DNA of 62,000 bases. Origin: Lytechinus pictus (lineage: Eukaryota). Position 1 is the stretch's first letter, and every line of letters begins with the position of its first letter. The notes below the pieces were generated by a model, which did not search any database, had not been told where the DNA came from, and saw only the letters and a list, made by a program, of their open reading frames with translations. Location of the stretch: NCBI RefSeq assembly GCF_037042905.1, contig NC_087252.1:992001-1054000 (forward strand), in the 5' to 3' direction. Made by a program: the position numbers and the translations under genes. Positions 24,990 to 37,800 of the stretch are shown here, piece by piece.

Positions 24990-25121
24990 TACTACTACCA
25001 CTACTACTACGTAATAATTCTACTACTACTGCTATTGCTACTGCTACTACTACTACTACTACTACTACTACTAATAATAATAATAATAATAATATTTCTA
25101 CTACTACTACTACTACTTCTA

Positions 25122-25178
<57 letters not shown>

Positions 25179-25285
25179 GTACTACTACTTCTACCACCAC
25201 TACTACTACGTACTAATTCTACTACTACTGCTATTGCTACTGCTACTACTACTACTACTACTACTACTACTAATACTACTACTTC
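24751..25285. repeat. (CTA)n compound microsatellite with higher-order repeats
   Basis: Seen directly. Confidence 0.95.
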
Positions 25286-25454
25286 TAATTTGAAGTCATG
25301 GATTTGTTTTGGGGTTTCCAGCATTATAAGTATACATTTTTCATATACCGTTTTTCATCACTTTTTAAATATTTCTTTTTTATACTTTGGATTGGTATTT
25401 TTTTAATGAATGAATCAAATAAATACTGCTATAATACTACTTATTCTCCTGATG

Positions 25455-25485
<31 letters not shown>

Positions 25486-25487
<2 letters not shown>

Positions 25488-27560
25488 ACTTTCCTGATGA
25501 TATGAAATTTGCAAAAGTTACCTCGCTACATAGAAAGAAAGATAAAGCTGACGTTGGTAATTATGGGTTTATAAATGTATTAAGTGTAGTGTCGAAAATT
25601 TTGGAAACATCTGTTCATGCTCAAGAAAATAAGCTAATATACAAATTTCAGCCCGGCTTCCATAACGGATATTCCTCTGAAATTTGTTCAATACATTTAA
25701 CAGATTTTATCAGGAATGAAATGTTACATGGGCGCATGGTTGGAATGGTTCTACTAGACTTACAAAGGGCCTTTGATACTGTAAATCATAACATACTTTT
25801 AAAATAATTAGAAGTAATGGTTTTAGAATCTGCATGTGTGACATGGTTTAGATCATATTTATCTAACCGTCATCAAGTAGTTACAATGCAGACGGTTCTT
25901 TCTAATTCACTGCCTATTAAATGCGGAGTCCCTCAAGGAAGCATTTTAGGCCCCATTCTTTTTATTTCTTACATTAATGACGTGTACTTGCGTTAACGAA
26001 TCTAGATTAATTTTATAATTTATGCTGATGAAAGTGTCTTGCTATATTCAGATACAAATCTCAAAATAATTGATAAAAAAAACTTAGTGCAGATTTGGCA
26101 AATTGCATCCAATGGATGTCTGACAACAAGCTTAGTTTACATGTTGGGAAAACGGAAAGCATATTTATTTTGTTCGAAACGAAAGTTAAGATACACACAC
26201 GATTTCAAGGTTTCATATAATAATCAGGTAATTGACAGAAAAGATTCAGTAAAATATTTGGGAACCAGTGGCGTACCTAGGATTTTCCACAGGGGGGGGG
26301 GGCAAAACCGTCCGCCAAAAAAATTGACAAGCAAAAAAAAAAAAAAAAGGGTTATCAATCACAAATAAAGGATTTCGTACCAGAAAAAAATTTGACAAGC
26401 CAAAAAAAATTTATATATATTCAAGCACGTCAGGGGGGGGCAATAGAGGTCTTCAAGCTCGTCAGGGGGGGGGGGGGCAAAAAAGGTCTTTCAAGCTCGT
26501 CAGGGGGGGGCATGGATACGTCCTTTGCATGGGTGGTGGCTCCTACCCCTACCCCCCCCCCCCCGTTGGTACGCTAGTGTTGGGAACTAATTTCACAAGT
26601 GACCTATCATGGACGGGTTTGGTAGACTCAATCGTCAAAAAGGCACATTCACGCTTAAATTTTTGTATAGATATCAAACCTGTTTGAATATGAAGTCTAG
26701 ACGTATTTATGCTTTGCTTTAATACAGTGTCTATTCGACTATGCTAATGTGGCTTGGTACGGTAGTCTGGGTGTTACGGATAAGAAAAAGCTAAGAACTG
26801 AAGAATAATTCAAAATAAAATTGTAATATTCATAAATGTTTTAGGACCAAGAGCACATGTCGGATATAATGAACCTGAAAAGGCAGGATTACTTCATGTA
26901 GATCAAAGATCTAAACAATTAGTATTACACTATGTGCATAAGATATTCTATTCGGATACATAAGATCATTACATAGCAAATAATTTCACCCGTGTAACAA
27001 ATATCCATAGGTACGATACTATTTCTAGTATACCATTTGGTCTAATTGGACTTAGTGTTGAATAAGTTTTATTTTGTATTATCAAAACGTAATATAGGGA
27101 ACACTTTTTATTTTAATGGCATCAAATTTTTTAATGCTCTTCCTAATCAATTAAACGCTGTTATAAATTATCCTCACTTTAAGAGTGCATTTAAAAAGCA
27201 CCTAAAACTAGAATCTACTCGAGAACAGTATTACCAGTAAAAATCACACATATTGTACAGTTTGTTTCCAGTATTGTAGATAATAAATATAGTTTTGTTT
27301 CATATATTAGGTAGATTGATGTTTGCTTCAGGTGTTTGTAAATTATTTGACTGATGGATATGTCTTTTTTTAAACCATTTTCCAGTACTTGTCGTAGTTT
27401 ATTCTTTTTGTTGTTACAATATATTAATGTTTTATACTAACATAGGACCTCGTTGGAAAAAAAAAGCCTTTCGGCTTTCATGGGCTTTCCTGTCAAGGTA
27501 TTCTTCAAATTCATTGTAATCACCTGTGATATTCTTGACAAATAAAATCAATCAATCAAC
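25486..27560 (+). mobile_element. 5'-truncated, degenerate LINE related to the 2A-PHD element (RT region and 3' UTR)
   Basis: [51 protein letters not shown]; same terminal stem-loop and (AATC)n tail. Confidence 0.85.
26266..26579. mobile_element. hAT-type MITE inserted in the LINE fragment
   Basis: TIR CAGTGGCGTACC / GGTACGCTAGTG; 8-bp TSD TTGGGAAC at 26258-26265 and 26580-26587. Confidence 0.85.
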
Positions 27561-27899
27561 CAATACTACAACTGCTGCTGCTGCTACTACTAAACAATTG
27601 GATGTTGGGGATTTGGGCATGTTAAGGGAGGCGCCAGGTTTCACATGAAGCTATGGAAAGTCTGGGGTGTGATACTCATCACGGCACCCCTTATAGGTAT
27701 GCCCGATTATTGAACCAGTGTGCGTAATATAAGGCGAACGTGATCTTGTTAAAAATTACCTCGAAATGATTGAACAAGATAAAAACCCTTATAGAATTTT
27801 TAATTTACTTGTCTTTAAAATGACATGTTAATTTCAAGGTAACACGCCTGTTTTATGAAGGTGATTCTAACTTGATTGGGCACGGTGTTTAATACCTAA

Positions 27900-28230
27900 T
27901 ACCTTGGTCACATTTGCTCTACGGCGGCCGTACGGCGAGTCGAAAACAGCCGTTTTAACATTTTTTTTTGTCCAACTACATATAGGTGGTTTGAATTAAA
28001 ATTAATAAAACGGCGTTTTCGACTCGCCGTACGGCCGCCGTAGGGCAAATATGACCAAGGTATCAGTCACATTTGCTCTACGGCGGCCGTACGGCGAGTC
28101 GAAAATAGCCTTTTCACCGTTTTTGTAGGCCTACCAACTAAACATACATGACATAGCTGGTTGGAACAAAAATGAATGAAACGGCTGTTTCGACTCGCCG
28201 AACGGCCGCCTTAGGGGAAATATGACTGCA
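27900..28230. mobile_element. Two adjacent copies of a ~165-bp fold-back MITE
   Basis: taccttggtcacatttgctctacggcggccgtacggcgagtcg with its inverse ending 28062; second copy 28064-28230. Confidence 0.8.
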
Positions 28231-28810
28231 GCATTAATTAGACGAATCTTAATTAAACGCATGCTGATCAAAATGAGATTCTCAATTAACATTCATATGC
28301 AACGGATTTTTTGTTTCCTTTGGAGAATGACGTTGATAGGAGGCAATTAAAACCATGACCCATCATACTCATTGACTTTGTTGACGCCATGGAAGTTTAA
28401 TATGTAGATGATTTTTAATTGAGGGTTTCATTTGCAAATATCATCGTATGTCTATGGTTGCTGACAATGTGCTGACAAGGTGCTGACAACGAAGTGATTG
28501 GTAACGGACAAATTGGATATGACAAATATTCACAAAGGTATGTTTTTTTCATTCTTTCTACCTCCATGATTACACTAAAGATAATCTGAATTTTTACGGC
28601 TACCATGTGAAAGAATCACTGAAATATTACAAGTTACATTTACCATAAAATAAACTGATCATTTCCTCATCTTTACACTGATGCCTTATTTGTTCCACTA
28701 ACATCATATGCATGGCTCAATAAATTGATTTGGAAGGACAAAAATTACAGATTTTGTTTTTCCAAGTTTCGTTAAAATGAGTGAAGTGAATTAAAGCTGA
28801 CCACTCATTT

Positions 28811-29310
28811 GGGCTTTTTCACACGTGAATGTTGAATATTCATTGTAATGATGATCGCAATTCGTCTTTAGAATCATCGGACTTTTCACACGCTCACTCG
28901 AAAACTGTTGTTTGAATTAGAATTCCTGAGCAAAGGTGGTATGTGTCCTTGGTGACTTGTCAATCAAAGCACTGCATCGCAAATGCAAACTATGATGAGT
29001 GCATGGAAATTGTATTATCTACGGAAGTGCGTAAGTCACGTAAGCCCTGCCCCCCCCCCCAAAAAAAAAAGAAGATGTTTTGGATGTCAAGCCTTTCACA
29101 CTCAAAATTCATACCGTCATTTGAGTGAAACTTAACTGGATTTCACCTCTGGAGTAGAATATGAATTTCGTGAATGTGATTAATAGCGTTCGTGATTCTA
29201 ATCATGTTCTAGTTTGGTTTCACACGTGCAAAAAATTCGTCATTAGCCTTATTTTTTTTCACTGGAATCACCATTCCAATTACGATTTTTTTTTACCGTG
29301 TGAAAGGGCG
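28811..29310. mobile_element. Harbinger-like MITE (GGCTTTTTCACAC...GTGTGAAAGGGC)
   Basis: Imperfect TIR; similar to 5978-6462. Confidence 0.65.
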
Positions 29311-29416
29311 GAAAGAAACTTCTAATTTCTAAGCTGAGGTATCAGCGAAAATGTAAAGTATTAAGTCAATAGCTTGATATTAACCCTCAAAAAATGTATA
29401 ATTGATATCCAGTATT

Positions 29417-29870
29417 GTGGGCGCGTCGTGGTCTAGTGGTTCCTACTCTCGCCTTTCAAACAGAGGTTAGCGGGTTCGAATCCTAGCCATGGCGTGTTTT
29501 CTTTCAGCAAGAAATTTATCCACAGTGTGCTGCACTCGACCCAGGTGAGGTGAATGGGTACCCGGCAGGATTATTTCCTTGAATGCACTGAGCGCCGGTG
29601 TTGGTAGCTCGAGTAAAACAAATATACAACGCTGTTTACTATATGAACCTTACAGTATTTGTTTAAGCAGTTTAAACAAGTGTTTAAATCTTAGCAACAA
29701 AGTTTAATATTCAATATCTAATCTTCAATAAATTAAACGGTTAAACAAATACTGTAAGGTTCATATAGTAAACAGCGTTGTAAAAAATCTTAAACAGCGG
29801 TTTTACTGATATATCCTCAGGCAAAAAGCGCTTTATAAATCCAGCTATTATTATTATTATCATTATTATT
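29417..29870 (+). mobile_element. tRNA-derived SINE, interrupted by a small fold-back insert (~29611-29808)
   Basis: A box TGGTCTAGTGG (29429), B box GGTTCGAATCC (29473), conserved core tgtgctgcactcgacccaggtgaggtgaatgggtacc, (ATT)n tail. Confidence 0.8.
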
Positions 29871-29957
29871 ACCGCTATTCTTTTCCCCCTCTTCCATTTC
29901 CCATCTTTTTTCTTCATGGTAATCATGGTTACCATTCTCTTGCTATTGTTCTGTGCT

Positions 29958-30376
29958 TAATGGTTTTCATATAATAATAATAATGTAAAAGTAATAATAA
30001 AAACAACAACAACAAATAATGGTTTTCATATAATAATAATAATGTAAAAGTAATAATAAAAACAACAACAACAAATAATGGTTTTCATATAATAATAATA
30101 ATGTAAAAGTAATAATAAAAACAACAACAACAAATAATGGTTTTCATATAATAATAATAATGTAAAAGTAATAATAAAAACAACAACAACAAATAATGGT
30201 TTTCATATAATAATAATAATGTAAAAGTAATAATAAAAACAACAACAACAAATAATGGTTTTCATATAATAATAATAATGTAAAAGTAATAATAAAAACA
30301 ACAACAACAAATAATGGTTTTCATATAATAATAATAATGTAAAAGTAATAATAAAAACAACAACAACAAATAATGA
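29958..30376. repeat. 59-bp minisatellite, ~7 near-perfect copies
   Basis: atggttttcat recurs at 29960, 30019, 30078 and onward. Confidence 0.92.
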
Positions 30377-30416
30377 TGATGATAACACTATGCAGCTAAT
30401 ACTTCTTCTACTACTA

Positions 30417-30642
30417 CTAGCCATGGCGTGTTTTCCTTCAGCAAGAGATTTACCCACATTGTGCTGCACTCGACCCACGTGAGGTGAATGGGTACCCGGC
30501 AGGATGAATTCCTTGAATGCATTGAGCGCTGAAAGGCAGCTCGAGCTAAAGCCGGGGTAATAATAATAATTACAAAATGCACCTCGGAATAAATTATTTA
30601 TAGATAGATGACGCTATACAAATGCCTTTTATTATTATTATT
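30417..30642 (+). mobile_element. 5'-truncated tRNA-SINE copy
   Basis: ctagccatggcgtgttttccttcagcaag...gaatgggtacccggcagga. Confidence 0.8.
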
Positions 30643-30754
30643 AATATTATCATTATAGCTATATCATTATTACTAATACTACTACTAATAATAATATAAC
30701 GCATATCACTCAATGTGACAATTGAATGTTACTTAATATAACTACGCTGTTTAA

Positions 30755-31690
30755 GGACGTTCCACAGTTATGTTTGTGCGCATTATGATCTGCGCATAGT
30801 TTACACTCTGCGCGCTGACGTCACAATGGATGAACAGGTGATTAATTAGCTGCGGGTATGAGCTGATTTTTCTCATCTTCTGCACTTTAACTGCAGATCC
30901 GATGCGTTATTTCATGAAGCTAAAAAATGGAATTATTCAATGGACCATTCAAAGAAATATTCTCTACAATTTCAAAATACTTTACTCTGCAGTGCTGCCA
31001 AGAATCACGAATATTACCCCGAGTTTGAATAAATGGTAGAGTGGTTTTGATTTTTTTCTTCACATAGATACTAAGCATTCGGCGCATTTTTTGTGTTTTA
31101 AAAAGCACATTTGCTCTAATAAAATGCTGATAGTTTAAAAACAAGCACATGAACCCTTATTTTTTAACGTTTGTACCTCTTAGGTATACCTTACTCTACA
31201 ACTCTGCAAATTTTGGTGAGAATGACATGGATTTTGAATAAAGTGCAGCATTTATTGTACGTTTGTAGTTTGTTATTGAAATTTTACATTTTTCAGATTG
31301 GGATTTTGTTATCTTTTACGCCATTTTTAAGAACTGACATTGCTGTTAAACTTAAAATTGCAAACAAACAGCACTATAAATAGATTCTCCATTCTAACGA
31401 TACAATTATTAACTCTCTTGCGAAATTTGATGACTTTTTCATTTATTTTGACTGAGTAATAGAGGTTTAAACTCATTGTAGTAATCTTGGGCGGTCTAAA
31501 AATGTCAAATTCTTTTGAATGCGCAATTCTTAAGAACATCAATTTGGGTGAACTTTGAAGCTCTATAGCAAAAAATCAAGCACATGGACCTATGTTAATT
31601 TTTGCATATTTCGAATATTAAGGTTCTAAAGTATCTATGTGCAAAGTTTGGTGAAAACGACATGGATTTCACTTTAACTGTGGAACGTCC
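30755..31690 (+). mobile_element. Non-autonomous TIR element with TTAA TSD (Kolobok-like GG..CC ends)
   Basis: TIR GGACGTTCCACAGTTA, TTAA on both sides; highly similar inverted copy at 57922-58856. Confidence 0.88.
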
Positions 31691-31735
31691 TTAATTTGAT
31701 ATTTATATGTACTTTGTTTCCCTTTGATTTTACAG

Positions 31736-31805
31736 ATGGAACATCAATTCATAATTGTAATCGTTGTTACCAGCTGGTATTTTTCGATAACATGTCAACA
31801 AAATG
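31736..31805 (+). CDS. Paralog 1 signal-peptide exon
   Basis: ttacag|ATG MEHQFIIVIVVTSWYFSITCQQN, donor G|GTAAAT; parallel to 47363. Confidence 0.7.
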
Positions 31806-34800
31806 GTAAATACTTTATTTCTCGACCCAATAATAGTATTATTAGAGAGCATATGCTTCTGTATTGCAATGGTGATAATGGTAAAGCACTTTTCCGCTAT
31901 ATATTTCTGATAATATTAATAATGACAATTCTGTAATATGATCATTAATTGTATACTATTGTATTACTGTATTTTTCCTTATTTTCAAATACCATGTAAA
32001 GCGTCAGATTTCAAATGATTTTCTTCCGGTTTTTTTTTTTTTACTGTTGCAATCGCTTTTTCTTCTACATTTATCATTATATCCTACATAGAGTAAATCC
32101 TGTATAGTGATTGGTTCAAGTAGCATCATGTGACCGAATATATTTCAACTATGATGTTGCGTGACGTCAGACCTCGATATATTTTTGGATATACCAATAT
32201 TCTGACGTCATTATTTCACAAAACTGGATATCTCGGCGCACCGGCTTGCGCGCCCTCTCTCTCCCGGGCGCGCAAGTCCAGCGCGATGCGTCAGCGCAGA
32301 CACTAATCTGCGTTCCGCTGGGCGCGGTGGCTCGGAGAAAAGTAGGTAATTCAACAGGACTTTGCATGCTCAGCGCATAGATTTTGGTTATAAATTATTA
32401 AAAGTAGGATATAAAGCAAATATGTCAGGCGTTTCATTCGAAAGCATAGTGGGAATTATTAATCCTCGGTTGGACTGGCAAAACTACTATATTTCCCTCG
32501 GGGCTTCGCCCCTCGGGAAAAAATAGTAATTGCCAGACCAACCTCGGATAAATAATTCCACTATACTTTCTCAAAGCCCGATATATTTGTTTATTGTACA
32601 CTCCTACTTAGCTAGTTGTACGCGAGCAAATGGGAGGCTGAATGTCAAACATTCGTACCGTTGCACAGAAGACGTACCATCCAAAATGTACCGTTGCACG
32701 GCTTTAGGAGGTGGCGTCACAATACGATTTAATTCATTGCGCTCGGTAAAAATGAACAATACGCGTATAAGCCAGCTGGCTAAATGCGCAAGGCTGCCCA
32801 AGGTCATGTGCGCTTGTGGGATTTTGCTTTCTGCTTTCGGTATTTTTGCTCCCTTTTCATAGATTACTATAGGGATAACCTCTTTGTTTTTTCATATTTC
32901 GCTAAATTCCGAGGCGTTGTACAACACAAATATGAGGCGCCGAATGTACCAATATTATATAGCACAATTATTTGTTATATAATCATTATTTGTTAAATAA
33001 TAACCATTATATATATATAATTGACATTTTATTTGTAAATAAAAACTATTATATAAAATAACATTTCTAATTATTTATATATAATTCCAACTAATACTTC
33101 ATTATTTGTAAATAATAATAGTTCGATATTCCATTATTTATAAATAATGATTATTTGTTTTTCATTATTTATAAATAATGATGTTTTCTTTTTCATTATT
33201 TATAAATAAAGAATATTTGTTTTTTCATTATTTATAAATAATCATTATTTGTTTTTCATTATTTATAAATAATCATTATTTGTTTTTCATTATTTATAAA
33301 TAACGAGTTTCGTTTTTCATTATTTATAAATAATCATTATTTGTTTTTCATTATTTATAAATAATCATTATTTGTTTTTCATTATTTATAAATAATCATT
33401 ATTTGTTTTTCATTATTTATAAATAATGATGTTTTCTTTTTCATTATTTATAAATAAAGAATATTTGTTTTTTCATTATTTATAAATAATCATTATTTGT
33501 TTTTCATTATATATAAATAATCATTATTTGTTTTTCATTATTTATAAATAACGAGTTTCGTTTTTCATTATTTATAAATAATCATTATTTGTTTTTCATT
33601 ATTTATAAATAATCATTATTTGTTTTTCATTATTTATAAATAATCATTATTTGTTTTTCATTATTTATAAATAACGACTTTCGTTTTTCATTATTTATAA
33701 ATAATCATTATTTGTTTTTCATTATTTATAAATAATCATTATTTGTTTTTCATTATTTATAAATAATCATTATTTGTTTTTCATTATTTATAAATAATCA
33801 TTATTTGTTTTTCATTATTTATAAATAATGATTATTTATAAATAATGAAAAACAAATAATGATTATTTATAAATAATGAAAAAACAAATAATGATTATTT
33901 ATAAATAATGAAAAACGAAAGTCATTATTTATAAATAATGAAAAAAAAATAATGATTATTTATAAATAATGAAAAACAAATAATGATTATTTATAAATAA
34001 TGAAAAAACAAATATTCTTTATTTATAAATAATGAAAAAGAAAACATCATTATTTATAAATAATGAAAAACAAATAATGATTATTTATAAATAATGAAAA
34101 ACAAATAATGATTATTTATAAATAATGAAAAACAAATAATGATTATTTATAAATAATGAAAAACAAATAATGATTATTTATAAATAATGAAAAACGAAAG
34201 TCGTTATTTATAAATAATGAAAAACAAATAATGATTATTTATAAATAATGAAAAACAAATAATGATTATTTATAAATAATGAAAAACAAATAATGATTAT
34301 TTATAAATAATGATTATTTGTTTTTCATTATTTATAAATAATGATGTTTTCTTTTTCATTATTTATAAATAAAGAATATTTGTTTTTTCATTATTTATAA
34401 ATAATCATTATTTGTTTTTCATTATATATAAATAATCATTATTTGTTTTTCATTATTTATAAATAATCATTATTTGTTTTTCATTATTTATAAATAATGA
34501 CTTTCGTTTTTCATTATTTATAAATAATCATTATTTGTTTTTCATTATTTATAAATAATCATTATTTGTTTTTCATTATTTATAAATAATCATTATTTGT
34601 TTTTCATTATTTATAAATAACGACTTTCGTTTTTCATTATTTATAAATAATCATTATTTGTTTTTCATTATTTATAAATAATCATTATATAATGAAAAAC
34701 GAAACTCGTTATTTATAAATAATGAAAAACAAATAATGATTATTTATAAATAATGAAAAAACAAATATTCTTTATTTATAAATAATGAAAAAGAAAACAT

Positions 34801-37800
34801 CATTATTTATAAATAATGAAAAACAAATAATGATTATTTATAAATAATGAAAAACAAATAATGATTATTTATAAATAATGAAAAACAAATAATGATTATT
34901 TATAAATAATGAAAAACGAAACTCGTTATTTATAAATAATGAAAAACAAATAATGATTATTTATAAATAATGAAAAACAAATAATGATTATTTATAAATA
35001 ATGAAAAAACAAATATTCTTTATTTATAAATAATGAAAAAGAAAACATCATTATTTATAAATAATGAAAAACAAATAATCATTATTTATAAATAATCATT
35101 ATTTGTTTTTCATTATTTATAAATAATCATTATTTGTTTTTCATTATTTATAAATAATCATTATTTGTTTTTCATTATTTATAAATAACGACTTTCGTTT
35201 TTCATTATTTATAAATAATCATTATTTGTTTTTCATTATTTATAAATAATCATTATTTGTTTTTCATTATTTATAAATAATCATTATTTGTTTTTCATTA
35301 TTTATAAATAATCATTATTTGTTTTTCATTATTTATAAATAATGATTATTTATAAATAATGAAAAACAAATAATGATTATTTATAAATAATGAAAAACGA
35401 AAGTCATTATTTATAAATAATGAAAAACGAAACTCGTTATTTATAAATAATGAAAAACAAATAATGATTATTTATATATAATGAAAAACAAATAATGATT
35501 ATTTATAAATAATGAAAAAACAAATATTCTTTATTTATAAATAATGAAAAAGAAAACATCATTATTTATAAATAATGAAAAACAAATAATGATTATTTAT
35601 AAATAATGAAAAACAAATAATGATTATTTATAAATAATGAAAAACAAATAATGATTATTTATAAATAATGAAAAACGAAACTCGTTATTTATAAATAATG
35701 AAAAACAAATAATGATTATTTATAAATAATGAAAAACAAATAATGATTATTTATAAATAATGAAAAAACAAATATTCTTTATTTATAAATAATGAAAAAG
35801 AAAACATCATTATTTATAAATAATGAAAAACAAATAATCATTATTTATAAATAATGGAATATCGAACTATTATTATTTACAAATAATGAAGTATTAGTTG
35901 GAATTATATATAAATAATTAGAAATGTTATTTTATATAATAGTTTTTATTTACAAATAAAATGTCAATTATATATATATAATGGTTATTATTTAACAAAT
36001 AATGATTATATAACAAATAATTGTGCTATATAATATTGGTACATTCGGCGCCTCATACACAAATAGCGAATATTCTTATTCGTGCAATGGTGCGAGATTT
36101 CGCATTCGGTGAAAGAAAGAAACGCTCTATTCAACTCGGCTCACGCCTCGTTGAATAGAGCATCTTTCTTTCACCTCATGCGAAATCTCGCACCATCGCA
36201 CTCATGCCTATTCGCTATTTGTATATTGATATTCATCATTTTTACTCATTACTAGTTATTATCCATAAATGCCTATATTATTATATTAACGTATTATGAT
36301 AATCGTAATAGGATTACGAAAAACTGGTTAAAAGTGGTTACATTAACATCTTTAATATGACAGTAAACATGGTAAAACATAGTAAAATAGGCCTAGGTTA
36401 GACATTGACACATTTCACAACAAATCTATTCCAGATTTTAAAATTTGTTTGATTAAATCTTGACCAAACCAACGAACCTTGTTGTCACGTATTTCTGTTC
36501 CCTAAGCATGTGCTCCCAGTCTCATTCAACACCGCGGATCTTGTTATCACTTCGCTCAGAACGAATCGAATTTCACATCGGCCAAATCATCCTGCGAAGA
36601 CCTCGGCATGCACCTTGTCTACATAGACACTTATCCTGAACAAGAATTCCTTGTGAATACCGTGCAACACAACAGCGGTTCCTGGATAGGGTTGTCTGGA
36701 TTTTCCTGGATGGACGGGTCAGGTTTGAGCTTCAGTAACTTCGGAGGTAATGCATTCAACGAGAAGGGGCTTTGTTTTAGGATACAACAATTCGATCTCA
36801 AGTGGTATGACAGGAGGTGTACGGCGTCCTTCTCGCATATCTGTGAAAAATCAGGAAGTGAGTATTTATCAATCATTCTTCTTTTTCATATTTTTATTAC
36901 ATATATTTCATTCGTCATATAACATTACAGTGACAACTTCGGGGGAAACCATTCAAATTCAAGACACATGATATGGAGAATCGTAAAATACTATACAAAA
37001 TATTAATAAATTGACCCATTCACCCTCATAAAAAATACGAATATACATCTTCTGTCTTTTGTAATTCTTTGTCATTCTATCGCAGCTTTCCACCTGTAGC
37101 CTATGCTAATTACGACACACAGCATGTTGATTCCTTCTCTCTTCTATCATTATTTCACTCTATTGCTTCTTCTCACTTGTAGCCTTTGCTGATCAAAATG
37201 ATACGGAACATGCTTGTTCCTACACCACATTTTTCAAATCCTCATCTTCATCACCTCAAGTTTGGCTCTCATTTTTTATTTGTCCCATTCACCCTTATTT
37301 CTCAAGGTCTTTGACTTCTGTTATTCATTGTAACTCTTTTGTTTCTCCCATCTGCCTGTGCTGATCAGAACGAAACGAAGCACGCTGGTTCTTGCTATCA
37401 CTTCTTCCAAATCTTCACCAACTGAAGCACCTCAAAGTTGACTCTCATCTTTTGACCCATTATCCCTCGACAAAATCTTTACGATATTTATCTTCTGTCT
37501 TTTTTATTTCATTATCATTCTCTTGCGCCTTTCAACATATGTAGCCTATGCAGATCAGAACGACACGGAGTACGCTGGTTCTTGTTATCACTTCTCTCAC
37601 AGCGCCATCAACATCATCACCTTAAGATTGACTCTAATATGTTGACCCACTCTCCCTCGACAAAATCTTCAAGATATCTCTTGTGTCCTTCTTTCACTAT
37701 CTTGCTTTTTTTACCTGTAGCCTGTGCAGATCAGAACGACATGGAGCATGCTGGGTCTTGTTATCACTATTCTCACAGTTCCACCAACTTCAGCACCGCA

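Noticed and set aside
24829..25406. Poly-Leu/Tyr/Ser ORFs
   Set aside because: (CTA)n microsatellite.
29958..30376. Regular 59-bp array as CRISPR or coding repeat
   Set aside because: Units are identical with no unique spacers; it is a minisatellite.
32923..36065. 8-bp TSD (ACACAAAT) with ATG..CAT ends, implying hAT or P
   Set aside because: Formally possible here, but the similar element at 53896 only fits TATG ends with a 6-bp TSD, so that reading was preferred.
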